Assembly: GCA_040399005.1 (NCBI GenBank)
Contig: JBBATA010000001.1
Location: 22,199 to 86,198 of the forward strand
DNA: 64,000 nt
From: Solirubrobacteraceae bacterium
GTDB taxonomy: Bacteria > Actinomycetota > Thermoleophilia > Solirubrobacterales > Solirubrobacteraceae
Direction of reading: 5' to 3'
Shown: positions 43,452 through 52,981 of the stretch, piece by piece
How positions within the stretch are numbered: the first letter of the stretch is position 1
Layout of the letters: each line of letters opens with the position of its first letter
Program-made: the position numbers and the translations under genes
Notes under the pieces: model-generated
What the model was told of the DNA's origin: nothing
Database searches by the model: none
What the model saw: the letters and a program-made list of their open reading frames with translations, nothing else

Positions 43452-44420
43452 TCAGCGGCCGGCCCCGGCATGGAAGGCCATCGCTTCGATCGCCACGCGG
43501 CCACCGATCAGCGCCGTGGCCGACGTGCTCTCAAGGCTTGGCGCCACCTCGACCACGTCGACGCCAAGCAGCCCGCCTCCGCTCACCCCGCGAACGATCT
43601 CGATCGCCTCGCGGCTGTTGAGGCCGCCCGGCGTGGGAGCGCAGGTCCCCGGAGCATGGGCGGCGTCGAGGCTGTCGACGTCGAAGGAGAGATAGATCCC
43701 GTCGCCGGCGCCGGCGACCTCGCGGGCACGCTCGGCGGCCCAGGCGGTCCCCTTCTCCCAGATCTCCTCGAGCCAGATCACGGTGATCCCCTTCTCGCGG
43801 CAGTACTCGATCTCGGTGCGCGGGTTCATCCAGCCGGAGATCGCGACCAGGGCGATCTTCTCGGGGTCGAAGCCGGCGTCGACCGCGCGGGTGATCGGGC
43901 AGCAGTGGTTGAGCAGCTCCCCACCGACGTCGGGGGCGGTATCGAGGTGGGTGTCGACCAGCACGAGGCCGGGGTCGGAGACGCGCTCACGGACGGCGCG
44001 CACGGCAGGGATGGTGACCGAGTGGTCGCCGCCGAGGGTCACCGGCAGCGCGCCGGCGTCGATGATGGCGCCGATGTCGCGCTGGGCGTTGGCGAAGGTG
44101 GCCTCGGCGTTGGCCAGGACCACGTCGCAGTCGCCGCAGTCGACCGGCGAGAGCGCATCGACCAGGTCGAAGTCGTACATCGCGTTGTAGGTGAGGAACT
44201 GGCAGGAGACCTCGCGGATACCGCGGGGGCCGTAGTTGGCGCCCGAGCGGCTGATGTTGGTCGCGTCGAACGGGATCCCGTAGATCGCCGCCCCAGCTTC
44301 GGCCTCCCTCAGGGCGGCGGTGTCGGGCTCCACATAAGGGAGCCGGAGAAAGGTGCCGAGCACTCCCGAGTGCAGCAGGCTCGTCCACATCGTCCGATCA
44401 ACCGATTCTCCCGTTGCCAT
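43452..44420 (-). CDS. agmatinase/guanidino-acid hydrolase (ureohydrolase family)
   Basis: ORF 43452..44615 trimmed to the ATG at aa 66 ('MATGESVDR'). Mn-binding motifs 'GGDHSVT', 'VDTHLD' and 'SFDVDSLD'. Confidence 0.85.
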   Translation of the reverse strand: MATGESVDRTMWTSLLHSGVLGTFLRLPYVEPDTAALREAEAGAAIYGIPFDATNISRSGANYGPRGIREVSCQFLTYNAMYDFDLVDALSPVDCGDCDVVLANAEATFANAQRDIGAIIDAGALPVTLGGDHSVTIPAVRAVRERVSDPGLVLVDTHLDTAPDVGGELLNHCCPITRAVDAGFDPEKIALVAISGWMNPRTEIEYCREKGITVIWLEEIWEKGTAWAAERAREVAGAGDGIYLSFDVDSLDAAHAPGTCAPTPGGLNSREAIEIVRGVSGGGLLGVDVVEVAPSLESTSATALIGGRVAIEAMAFHAGAGR

Positions 44421-44473
44421 GCCAAGCCCTTCCTGTCGCATTCCGGATAACTGCCTACCTACAGATACTTGAT

Positions 44474-44483
44474 AAAGCGCTTT
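44474..44483. promoter_or_regulatory. palindrome AAAGCGCTTT with central CG (candidate LacI-family operator core)
   Basis: Read directly in the AT-rich part of the 130-nt divergent region. It fits the AA-N-CG-N-TT core of LacI/GalR operators, but the outer TG/CA positions do not match. Confidence 0.4.
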
Positions 44484-44550
44484 TGCGTGATTAGGCTCCC
44501 TGCCGTTGGCTGGTAAGGGAAAGGGAGGCGCGGGGAAACCCCCGCTAAGG

Positions 44551-45561
44551 GTGACCATCAACGATGTCGCCGACGCGGCGGGCGTCTCGATCACCACCGT
44601 CTCGCATGCCCTCAACGGGAAGGGGCGGATCTCCGAAGAGACCCGCCAGCGGGTCGCGGAGACCGCATCGAAGCTCGGCTACCGGCCCTCGGCCAGCGCC
44701 CGCAGCCTGGCCGGCGGGCGCTCCGGGATCATCGGCCTCAGTTTCGCGGCGATGTCGGGGCAACCCGCGTCGTTCGGATCCTTCGGCTTCTTCAACGACC
44801 TCCTCCACGCCACCACGGCCGCCGCCCTCGAACTCGGCTATGCGCTGATCACCTGCCCGGACGACGAGGAGGCGGTGGCGCGGCTGGCGCGGCTCGAGCC
44901 CGAGGGCTGCATCGTCGTCGACCCGACCCAGAACCAGCCAATGGTCGAACATGCGCGGCGCACCTTGACCCCGCTGGTCACCATCGGCCGGGTGACCGAC
45001 GGCGGCGACGAGCCCTGGGTCGACAACGACCACGAGGGTGCCGCGCGGCTGGCTATCGAGCACCTGCGAGAGCAGGGCGCCCGGCGGATCGCGATCATCT
45101 CCCCCGGGCCGGAGTACTCCTACACCGCCGACGGCGTAGACGGCTTCGAGCGGGTCTGCTCCGACCTCGGGATCGAGCCTTTCGTCGAGTACGTCGACGG
45201 CGACCTCGCAGAGACCGACGGCTTCCAGGCCACCAAGCGGCTCCTGGAGAGCGACGAGCCGCCCGACGGCGTCTACACGATGCTCGACCGCCTCGGCCGC
45301 GGGGCGATCATGGCCGCCGAGTCTCTGTCGGTGTCCGTGCCGCAGACGCTGAAGGTGGTCGCCTCCACCGACAGCGAGGTCTGCGACCGTTCCGAGCCGA
45401 CGCTCACCACCGTCGACCTCAACCCGGAGTCGCTCGGCAAAGAAGCCGTGCAGTTGCTGGTCGGCCGGATCAGGGGCGAGCGCGACCAGGCCGACGAGAT
45501 CGACGTGCCGGTCGAGCTGATCGTCCGCCGCTCCAGCGGCGGCGCGCTTGCCGCTGCCTAG
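44551..45561 (+). CDS. LacI-family transcriptional regulator
   Basis: ORF 44506..45561 trimmed to the GTG at aa 16 ('VTINDVADAAGVSITTVSHALNG'). Periplasmic-binding-protein-like C-terminal domain. Confidence 0.85.
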   Translation: MTINDVADAAGVSITTVSHALNGKGRISEETRQRVAETASKLGYRPSASARSLAGGRSGIIGLSFAAMSGQPASFGSFGFFNDLLHATTAAALELGYALITCPDDEEAVARLARLEPEGCIVVDPTQNQPMVEHARRTLTPLVTIGRVTDGGDEPWVDNDHEGAARLAIEHLREQGARRIAIISPGPEYSYTADGVDGFERVCSDLGIEPFVEYVDGDLAETDGFQATKRLLESDEPPDGVYTMLDRLGRGAIMAAESLSVSVPQTLKVVASTDSEVCDRSEPTLTTVDLNPESLGKEAVQLLVGRIRGERDQADEIDVPVELIVRRSSGGALAAA

Positions 45562-47096
45562 CTGCGGTCGCCGCGGCCGTACATGAACGAGAAGAGCTTG
45601 CCCAGCCTCTGGGTGACCTTCTCGGTGTACGGGAACATGTGGATGTCGCGCTTGGGATGAAAGCGCGAGACGAGCAGGGTCTGCTGGTGCGTGTACTTGC
45701 GAATGCCATTGGCACCGTGGCGTGAGCCCAGGCCGGAGGTCTTCACCCCGCCCATCGGGAGCTCGAGAGCCGTGTAGTTCACCATCGCGTCGTTGACGCA
45801 GACCGCGCCGGCCTCGATCCGCCGGGCCACGGCCTCGCCGCGGTCGACGTCCTTCGAGAAGACCGAGGCGGCCAGGCCGTACGGGCTGTCATTGGCCAGG
45901 CGGATCGCCTCCTCGGCGTCCTCGACCTTCATGATCGGCAGCGTCGGCCCGAAGGTCTCCTCGCTCATCGCCTCCATCGAGTGGTCGACATCGACGATCA
46001 CCGTCGGCTCGAAGAAGTCACCGGGCCCTTCGCGGCGCTTGCCCCCGACGAGGACCTTGGCCCCCTTGGAGACGGCGTCGGCCACGTGGCTCTCGACCTT
46101 GTCGACCTGCGGCGGGAAGGTCATCGCCCCCACCTCGACGGTGCCCGGGCCGGTCGAATGGCCCTGGCGCAGCGAGGCGACCTTGTCGGTGACCTTCGTG
46201 ACGAACTCGTCGAAGACCGGCGCCTCGACGTAGACGCGCTCGGTGGAGATGCAGGTCTGTCCCGAGTTCTGCATCGAGAAGTAGACGGCGGCGTTGGCCG
46301 CGCGCTCGAGGTCGGCGTCGCGCAGGACGATCATCGGATCCTTGCCCCCGAGCTCCAGCGAGCAGGGGATCAGGCGTTCGGCGGCGGCAACGGCGACCTT
46401 GCGGCCGGTGGCCGTCGAGCCGGTGAACATGATCATGTCCACCTCGTCGATCAGCGCCCGTCCGGTCTCCCCCAGCCCCGTGGCGACCTGGAAGACGCCG
46501 GAGGGCAGGCCGCTCTCCTCGAGCATCTCGGCCATCAGCAGCGAGGTGAGAGGCGTGATCTCGCTCGGCTTGAGGATCACGCTGTTGCCGGCGGCGAGCG
46601 CCGGGATGCAGTCGCCGAACGAGTTGGTGAGCGGGTAGTTCCACGGGCCGATAACCCCGATGAGGCCCATCGGCCGGTGGCGGACAACGAGCTTCTTGCC
46701 CTTGAGGATCACGCTGGAGGTCTTGACCTTCTGGTCGGCGAGGTACCTCTCGGCGTTCTTGGCCCAGAAGCCGAAGGCCGACGCGCCGTAGGAGAGCTCG
46801 GCGATCTGGGCGTCCTCGTAGGTCTTGCCGGTCTCCGAGACGATCGTGTCGATCACCCGCTCGCGATGGTCGATCAGCCACTTCTGCGCACGCAGGAGGA
46901 CGCGGCCCCGGCCCTCAAACCCGAGGGCGTCCCACGCCGGCTGCACGGCACGGCCGCGCTCGGCCATCGCCTGAACCTCGGCCGGACCGAGGTTGGGAAC
47001 CGTGGCGATGGTCTCGCCGGTCGCCGGGTTGACGACGGGGATCTCGTCCCCGGAGCCGGTTGCGGTCTCTTTAGCGGACTTCTCGACTGTCGCCAT
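45558..47096 (-). CDS. NAD(P)-dependent aldehyde dehydrogenase
   Basis: 512 aa. 'ELGGKDP' and catalytic Cys context 'NSGQTCIS'. Confidence 0.9.
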   Translation of the reverse strand: MATVEKSAKETATGSGDEIPVVNPATGETIATVPNLGPAEVQAMAERGRAVQPAWDALGFEGRGRVLLRAQKWLIDHRERVIDTIVSETGKTYEDAQIAELSYGASAFGFWAKNAERYLADQKVKTSSVILKGKKLVVRHRPMGLIGVIGPWNYPLTNSFGDCIPALAAGNSVILKPSEITPLTSLLMAEMLEESGLPSGVFQVATGLGETGRALIDEVDMIMFTGSTATGRKVAVAAAERLIPCSLELGGKDPMIVLRDADLERAANAAVYFSMQNSGQTCISTERVYVEAPVFDEFVTKVTDKVASLRQGHSTGPGTVEVGAMTFPPQVDKVESHVADAVSKGAKVLVGGKRREGPGDFFEPTVIVDVDHSMEAMSEETFGPTLPIMKVEDAEEAIRLANDSPYGLAASVFSKDVDRGEAVARRIEAGAVCVNDAMVNYTALELPMGGVKTSGLGSRHGANGIRKYTHQQTLLVSRFHPKRDIHMFPYTEKVTQRLGKLFSFMYGRGDRS

Positions 47097-47137
47097 GCTG
47101 CTCTCCTCTTCTCAGACCCTGACCCTTGGCCCCCAGC

Positions 47138-47593
47138 CTACTCCACTTCCAGAGCGGCGATACCGACCGGCTCCAGCGGTGAATCACGCTGGTCGGTGGC
47201 CACCGCGGAGATCGCGTCGACGACGTCCATCCCGTCGGTCACCTGGCCGAAGACGGTGTGCTTGCCGTCCAGGTGCGGGCACGAGTCGGCGGTGACGATG
47301 AAGAACTGCGAGCCGTTCGTGTTGGGGCCGGCGTTGGCCATCGCCAGCGCCCCGCGGACGACCTTGTGGTCGTTGAATTCGTCGTCGAACATGTAGCCGG
47401 GACCGCCGGTTCCGGTGCCCTCCGGGCAGCCGCCCTGGATCATGAAGTCGGGGATCACGCGGTGGAATGTGAGCCCGTCGTAGAAGCCGTCCTCGGCGAG
47501 CTTGCGGAAGTTGGCGACGGTCTCGGGGGCATCGTCGTCGAACAGCTCGATCTTGATGTCGCCCTCACTGGTCTTCATGGTCGCTGCCGACAT
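47138..47593 (-). CDS. peptidyl-prolyl cis-trans isomerase (cyclophilin type)
   Basis: 151 aa. '[13 protein letters not shown]' and '[11 protein letters not shown]'. Confidence 0.9.
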   Translation of the reverse strand: MSAATMKTSEGDIKIELFDDDAPETVANFRKLAEDGFYDGLTFHRVIPDFMIQGGCPEGTGTGGPGYMFDDEFNDHKVVRGALAMANAGPNTNGSQFFIVTADSCPHLDGKHTVFGQVTDGMDVVDAISAVATDQRDSPLEPVGIAALEVE

Positions 47594-47676
47594 CGGCGGC
47601 GCTCCTCTCTATAGATGGCGGGTCGGGGCTGGTTTGCCCTGACCGGACCGTAACGAATGGCGGCCGGCGCCGCAGC

Positions 47677-48675
47677 TCAGTTGTCGAAGAACTTGAGCTG
47701 GGAGATGCGGACCGTCGGCCCCTTGTTGGGCGGAACGGTGAACCAGAGGACGATGGTGCGCCACTTCTTGTCGGTATTACCCAGGCTGAGCTCGAAGGTC
47801 TCGTCGCCGGCCTTGTCGCCTGAGTCGGGAGCCGGCTTGCCGCTCTCGGCGGCGGCGTCGATCGATGCCGCCTCGCCGAGGGTGGTCATGTCGCCGACCT
47901 CGTCCGGGGGGTCGACGCCCTTGTCGCCGAGCACGTACATGGTGAAGCCCGGGGTCTTGGTGGTCATCGTGACCCGGGTGACCTTGCGCGACTTCTGGAG
48001 GTCGACCTGGAGGCCGATGTTCATGTTCCCGTCGGCGGCGGTGGTGACGAACCAGGTCGGGGTCTTGGCCCCATCGATCGCCAGGGCGGGATCGTTTGAT
48101 GCCTGGAAGCGCATCTGCGGGTCGTAGAGCGCGGCGGCGCTGCCGGGGAGGTCGAACGGCTTGGGCTCGGTTGAGCCTCCCCCGCCGCCGTCGTCCGGGA
48201 CGACCGGGGTGACCGTCCCGCCACCGTCGGTGGGCGTGACAGGTGTCAGCTGGTCATCGGCGGCGCCGCTGTCAGGCGCGAGCGGGTCCTCGGTCAGCGT
48301 GTCGTCGATCGCCGGCTCGGCGGGCGCCTCCTGGGCGACCGTCTCAACCTTCGTGTCCCGCGGGGGGATCGTGTCGTTGAGGGCGGCGACGCCTGCCGCG
48401 ACCGCGCCGCCGGCCAGCACGAGGGTGAAGACGCCGGCCAGGCCGACCGTCGCCAGGCCCGGGATCTTCCGGGGCTCGGCCACCGCCGCACCGCACTCCA
48501 GGCACCAGTCCTGGTCGGCGGCCACGAAGGCGCCGCAGACCCGGCAGTCGTTCTCCCCGGGCGGCGGCAGCTCCGAAGCCTCGACCGGGGCCAGGAGCGA
48601 ATCGTCGACGGCAAGGCCGAGCTCGCCCTGTTCGAGCGGCAGGTCGGGCTGGTCGCTTAGCTGGATCACTCCCAT
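47677..48675 (-). CDS. membrane-anchored protein: N-terminal zinc ribbon, one TM, Pro/Thr/Asp-rich linker, C-terminal discoidin-like domain
   Basis: ORF 47677..48843 trimmed to the ATG at aa 57 ('MGVIQLSD'). 'CRVCGAFVAADQDWCLECG', TM 'LATVGLAGVFTLVLAGGAVAAGVAAL'. The C-terminal roughly 150 aa is a beta-rich domain ending 'RISQLKFFDN'. Confidence 0.5.
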   Translation of the reverse strand: MGVIQLSDQPDLPLEQGELGLAVDDSLLAPVEASELPPPGENDCRVCGAFVAADQDWCLECGAAVAEPRKIPGLATVGLAGVFTLVLAGGAVAAGVAALNDTIPPRDTKVETVAQEAPAEPAIDDTLTEDPLAPDSGAADDQLTPVTPTDGGGTVTPVVPDDGGGGGSTEPKPFDLPGSAAALYDPQMRFQASNDPALAIDGAKTPTWFVTTAADGNMNIGLQVDLQKSRKVTRVTMTTKTPGFTMYVLGDKGVDPPDEVGDMTTLGEAASIDAAAESGKPAPDSGDKAGDETFELSLGNTDKKWRTIVLWFTVPPNKGPTVRISQLKFFDN

Positions 48676-48736
48676 AAGGATGGCACGCCGGCCCGCGGCG
48701 GGCAATAAGGAACGGTCAACGCCCGGCCGGCTGCGG

Positions 48737-50263
48737 TCAGCTTCCGGCCGGCTCGAGCTCGAGCTTCGTGCCGTTGCACTCCGAGCCGCTGACCGCCTCG
48801 ACGACGCCCTGGACCCGGTCCTCGGGCACCGAGAGGAAGGCAAAGCGCTCGAGGACCTTCACGTCGCGAACCTCCTCGCCCCCGATACCTGCCTCGGCCG
48901 TAACGACGCGAACCAGGTCGGCCGGCTCGAGGCCGTCGGCGCTTCCGGCGCCCACGACCAGCTTGGCCCAGGTGGTCTCCGCTGTGGCGCCTGACGGCTC
49001 GGCAGCCTCCTCGGTTTCGGCGGCTTCCGACCCGCCTTCGGCGCGGCCGCCCTCCGCGTCGCGCGAGCGGCGCCCGCGGCGCCGGCGCCGGCGCCCCACC
49101 TCGGGCTTGTCGTGGCGCTTGGGGCCTTCGGTGACCGCGGCCGGCTCGGTGGTCGCTCCCGGCGACCACGGGGAGATGCTCGCGCCGATGTGCTTCTCGA
49201 TCGCCTCGAGCTCGCCCGTCTGGCGCGGCTCGACGAAGGTGATGGCCCGCCCCGAGCGACCGATCCGGCCGGTGCGCCCGATGCGGTGGACGTAGACGTC
49301 GGGCGAGGTGGGGACGTCGTAGTTGACGACGTGAGTGACGGTGGAGATGTCCAGCCCGCGGGCGGCGACGTCGGTGGCGACGAGGATCGGCACCCGGCCG
49401 CCCTTGAAGGAGAGCATCACGCCATCGCGCGAGCCCTGCGACATGTCTCCGTGGAGGGCCTTGGCGTTCATCCCGCGGTCCCGCAGGCGCTTGTAGAGCT
49501 GGTCGCACCGCACCTTGGTGCGAACGAAGACGATCGCCTGGGTCGGCTTCTCCTGGGCGAGAACCTCGACGAGCATGTCGGGCTTGCCCTTCTGGTCGAC
49601 CCCGACCTGGAACTGCTCAACGGTGTCGACGGTGAGGGTCGGCGCCTCGACGCGGATCACCTCGGGCTCGTAGAGGAAGCGGTCGGCGAGCTTGCGGATC
49701 GGCGGCGGCATCGTGGCGCTGAAGAGGGCGGTCTGCCGGCCGTTCGGCGTCTGCATGAGGATCTTCTCGACGTCCTCCAGGAAACCGAGGTCCAGCATCT
49801 CGTCGGCCTCGTCGAGGACGACGAAGCGGCAGTCGTGGAGAACGAGCGAGACGCGCTGCAGAAGGTCGGCCACTCGCCCGACCGTTCCGACCACGATCTG
49901 TCCTCCCCCGCGGAGCTGAGCCTGCTGGGTTTTGATCGGCGCCCCGCCGAAGACGGCGACCACGTCAACTCCCTTGGGCTCGCCGTAGGCGCGCAGTGCC
50001 TGGGTGACCTGGATGCAGAGCTCGCGGGTGGGGGTAAGTACCAGGGCCTGCGCGGTGGGGCCATCGGGATCGATGTACTCGATGATCGGCAGGCCGAAGG
50101 CCGCGGTCTTGCCCGAACCGGTCTGCGCCTGGCCGATGATGTCCCGGCCCTCCAGCAGCGGCGGGATCGTCTGCTCCTGGATCGGGCTCGGCTCCGAGTA
50201 GCCGACGTTGCTGAGGGCCTCGAGGGTGGTCCCGGAGAGGCCCAGGTCGGCGAAATCGGTCAC
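48737..50263 (-). CDS. DEAD-box ATP-dependent RNA helicase with DbpA-type C-terminal RNA-binding domain
   Basis: 508 aa. 'AQTGSGKT', 'DEAD', 'SAT' and 'HRIGRTGR'. An Arg/Glu-rich linker precedes the C-terminal domain. Confidence 0.9.
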   Translation of the reverse strand: MTDFADLGLSGTTLEALSNVGYSEPSPIQEQTIPPLLEGRDIIGQAQTGSGKTAAFGLPIIEYIDPDGPTAQALVLTPTRELCIQVTQALRAYGEPKGVDVVAVFGGAPIKTQQAQLRGGGQIVVGTVGRVADLLQRVSLVLHDCRFVVLDEADEMLDLGFLEDVEKILMQTPNGRQTALFSATMPPPIRKLADRFLYEPEVIRVEAPTLTVDTVEQFQVGVDQKGKPDMLVEVLAQEKPTQAIVFVRTKVRCDQLYKRLRDRGMNAKALHGDMSQGSRDGVMLSFKGGRVPILVATDVAARGLDISTVTHVVNYDVPTSPDVYVHRIGRTGRIGRSGRAITFVEPRQTGELEAIEKHIGASISPWSPGATTEPAAVTEGPKRHDKPEVGRRRRRRGRRSRDAEGGRAEGGSEAAETEEAAEPSGATAETTWAKLVVGAGSADGLEPADLVRVVTAEAGIGGEEVRDVKVLERFAFLSVPEDRVQGVVEAVSGSECNGTKLELEPAGS

Positions 50264-50295
50264 GTGGGGAGGGTAGGGCCTCGGCGGCGCAGCGG

Positions 50296-51249
50296 TCAGG
50301 CGGCCGGGTCAAGCACGAGCTTGCCGGTGGTCCGGCGCCCGGCGAGGTCCTCCTGGGCCCGGGCCGCCTCGGAGAGCGGGTAGCGCTCCCCGCGGAGGGG
50401 ACGCAGGCGTCCGGAGGCGGCGAGGACGAAGCACTCGGCCAGCGGCGGTCCGAGCATCTCCGGCCTTCCGTAACAGTCGGCCAGCCAGAAGCCGACCAGC
50501 GCCTGGCTTCGCTTCATCAGCGCCCGGGTGTTGACCGTGTTGGTCTTTCCACCCGAGACGCCGTAGGTGACCATCCGCCCGAATGGCGCCAGGGCCTCGA
50601 GCGAGTGCTCGAAGACCTCGCCCCCGATCGCATCGAGCACGACGTCGAGCTCGCCGCCGGCGGCCTCGACCAGCCGGCCGGCGAGCCCCTCGGGGTCGCC
50701 GTCGATCGCCGCGTCGGCCCCGCAGGAGACCGCCAACTCGCGCTTCTCCGGGCTGGAGGCGGTGGCCACCACCGTCCCGGCTCCGAAGACCCGGGCCAGC
50801 TGGATGGCGAGCGAGCCGGTCCCTCCGGCCCCGGCGTGGACGGCCACGCTCTCCCCGGGCTCCAGGCGGGCGCAGGTGCGCAGCAGGTGCCAGGCCGTCA
50901 GCCCCTGGACGAGGAGGGCGAGGGCCTCTTGCGCACCGAGTCCCTCGGGTAGGTCGAAGGCCATCGCCTCGGGCACGACGGCGAGCTCGGCGTAGCCTCC
51001 GCGCCCCCCGGTCATCGCCACGACCCGGCGCCCGGTGCCGGCGACGGTGCCCGCCACCTCCGAGCCGGGGACGAATGGCAGCTCGGCCTCGGCCAGGTAC
51101 TCGTTGCGCCGCTGGTGGGTGTCGGCGAAGTTGACGCCGGCCAGCTCAACCTCCACGAGCAGCTCGCCCGGACCGGCCACCGGCTCGGGAAGCTCGGCGA
51201 GTTCCAGGACCTCGGGCCCCCCGAATGCAAGCTGCTGGACCGCCCTCAT
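50296..51249 (-). CDS. NADPH:quinone oxidoreductase / zinc-type alcohol dehydrogenase-like protein
   Basis: 317 aa, MDR fold. Rossmann motif 'AGAGGTGSLAIQLA'. Confidence 0.8.
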   Translation of the reverse strand: MRAVQQLAFGGPEVLELAELPEPVAGPGELLVEVELAGVNFADTHQRRNEYLAEAELPFVPGSEVAGTVAGTGRRVVAMTGGRGGYAELAVVPEAMAFDLPEGLGAQEALALLVQGLTAWHLLRTCARLEPGESVAVHAGAGGTGSLAIQLARVFGAGTVVATASSPEKRELAVSCGADAAIDGDPEGLAGRLVEAAGGELDVVLDAIGGEVFEHSLEALAPFGRMVTYGVSGGKTNTVNTRALMKRSQALVGFWLADCYGRPEMLGPPLAECFVLAASGRLRPLRGERYPLSEAARAQEDLAGRRTTGKLVLDPAA

Positions 51250-51278
51250 GGTCGGGGCAGGGTAACCTGCCAGCCCGC

Positions 51279-52214
51279 ATGAGCCTCACCGTCGTCGGAT
51301 CGATCGCCTATGACGCGGTCACCACCCCCTCCGGAAGCCGCGACCGGATGCTGGGCGGCGCCGCGACCCACTTCGCCCTGGCCGCTTCGTTCTTCGACGA
51401 GGTACGGGTGATTGGCCCGGTCGGCGGCGACTTCGACCCGGCGTCGTGGGAGACGCTCCAGACACGCGGTACCAACACCGACGACGTCGAGCTGGTCGAG
51501 GACGGCAAGACCTTCTTCTGGAAGGGCGAGTACCACGAGAACCTCAACCGCCGGGAGACCCTTGAGACCGAGCTGAACGTCTTCGAGAGCTTCGACCCCA
51601 AGCTCTCCGCCGCCGCCCAGGAGTGCGAGGTCCTCTTCCTGGCCAACATCCAGCCAGACCTCCAGCGCGGAGTCCGGGAGCAGTGCGACTCGGCCCGCTT
51701 CGTGGCGATGGACTCGATGGACCTGTGGATCAACATCGACCGCGACTCGCTGGTGAAGACGATCGCCGGTGTCGACTGCCTGATCCTCAACGACGAGGAG
51801 CTCGAGATGCTCACCGGCGCCCCGAGCTTCGTGGCCGCGGCCAAGGAGGTGCTCACCTGGGGCCCCTCCTCGGTGGTCGCCAAGCAGGGCAAGTACGGCG
51901 CGGCGCTCTTCACGCCGGAGGGCTACTTCGCCCTGCCGGCATTCCCGATCGACCTCGCGGTCGACCCCACCGGCGCCGGGGACACCTTCGCCGGGGGAAT
52001 GGTCGGCTACGTCGCCGCCCACGACGGGGAGACCGTCGACCACGACCTGCTGGTGAGGGCGATGGTCTACGGGACGGCGATGGCCTCGTTCAACGTTGAG
52101 GACTTCGGGACCGAGCGGATGGTCGGCCTGACCGGCGACGAGGTCACCGAACGCGTCGCCGAGCTGCAGCGGATGACCACCTTCGAGCACAGCCCCATAC
52201 CGCTGCGCTCCTGA
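51279..52214 (+). CDS. PfkB-family carbohydrate/nucleoside kinase
   Basis: ORF 51225..52214 trimmed to the ATG at aa 19 ('MSLTVVGSIAYD'). 'DPTGAGDTFAGG'. Confidence 0.75.
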   Translation: MSLTVVGSIAYDAVTTPSGSRDRMLGGAATHFALAASFFDEVRVIGPVGGDFDPASWETLQTRGTNTDDVELVEDGKTFFWKGEYHENLNRRETLETELNVFESFDPKLSAAAQECEVLFLANIQPDLQRGVREQCDSARFVAMDSMDLWINIDRDSLVKTIAGVDCLILNDEELEMLTGAPSFVAAAKEVLTWGPSSVVAKQGKYGAALFTPEGYFALPAFPIDLAVDPTGAGDTFAGGMVGYVAAHDGETVDHDLLVRAMVYGTAMASFNVEDFGTERMVGLTGDEVTERVAELQRMTTFEHSPIPLRS

Positions 52215-52359
52215 GCGAAAACGGTTAGTTACAAGGCGGGCGCCACGCGGCCCGCACGACGGCCCCCAGCCCCCGTCTCCCGCCAGTGTCCGCTCCGCGC
52301 AGCCGCGCGGGCGCGAGACCGCCTGATCTCCCGCCCGCATTCCTGTTTAGGATCGGCCC

Positions 52360-52965
52360 ATGGAGCCCGCATCGGTTCTCTCCGACGGAACGATCCGTCG
52401 CCTCGTCTCCGACGGGCGCATCCGGATCGAGCCGTGGAACGAGGAGATGGTCCAGCCGGCCAGCGTCGACCTCACGCTGGGCAACTCGTTCCGGGTCTTC
52501 CATAACCACCGGGTAAGCGCGATCGACCTGCGCAAGCCGCCTACCGACCTGACCGAGCAGGTGACGATCGGTGACGACGAGCCATTCGTGATCCACCCGG
52601 GCGAATTCTGCCTCGGGCGCACGGTGGAGTGGGTCGAACTGCCGGACGACATCGTCGCCCGGATCGAAGGCAAGTCGTCGCTGGGACGCCTGGGCCTGAT
52701 CGTCCACGCGACCGCCGGCTTCTGCGACCCGGGCTGGAAGGGGACGCTGACGCTGGAGCTCGCCAACCTCACCCGCGTGCCGATCAAGCTCTGGGCCGGG
52801 CTGCCGATCGCCCAGCTCTCGTTCATGACCCTCGACCAGGCGGCCGAGATCCCCTACGGCCACCCCGACCTCGGCAGCCACTACCACGGCCAGGTGGAGG
52901 CGACCGAGAGCCGTTACGAGGGAGGGCCCGCCGACCGGGCGCCCTCCGGCGGAAGTCCCTCCTAG
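52360..52965 (+). CDS. dcd: dCTP deaminase (possibly the bifunctional dCTP deaminase/dUTPase type)
   Basis: 201 aa. 'GKSSLGRLGL' and 'DPGWKGTLTLE'. The start could be the GTG at aa 6. Confidence 0.85.
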   Translation: MEPASVLSDGTIRRLVSDGRIRIEPWNEEMVQPASVDLTLGNSFRVFHNHRVSAIDLRKPPTDLTEQVTIGDDEPFVIHPGEFCLGRTVEWVELPDDIVARIEGKSSLGRLGLIVHATAGFCDPGWKGTLTLELANLTRVPIKLWAGLPIAQLSFMTLDQAAEIPYGHPDLGSHYHGQVEATESRYEGGPADRAPSGGSPS

Positions 52966-52981
52966 CCTCGGAGGCTGCCCA

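Noticed and set aside
48737-50263. The DEAD-box helicase with the downstream zinc-ribbon membrane protein as a defence or toxin pair.
   Set aside because: The helicase has the full housekeeping DEAD-box motif set and a DbpA-type rRNA-binding tail typical of ribosome-biogenesis/cold-shock helicases. No nuclease or toxin domain is present.
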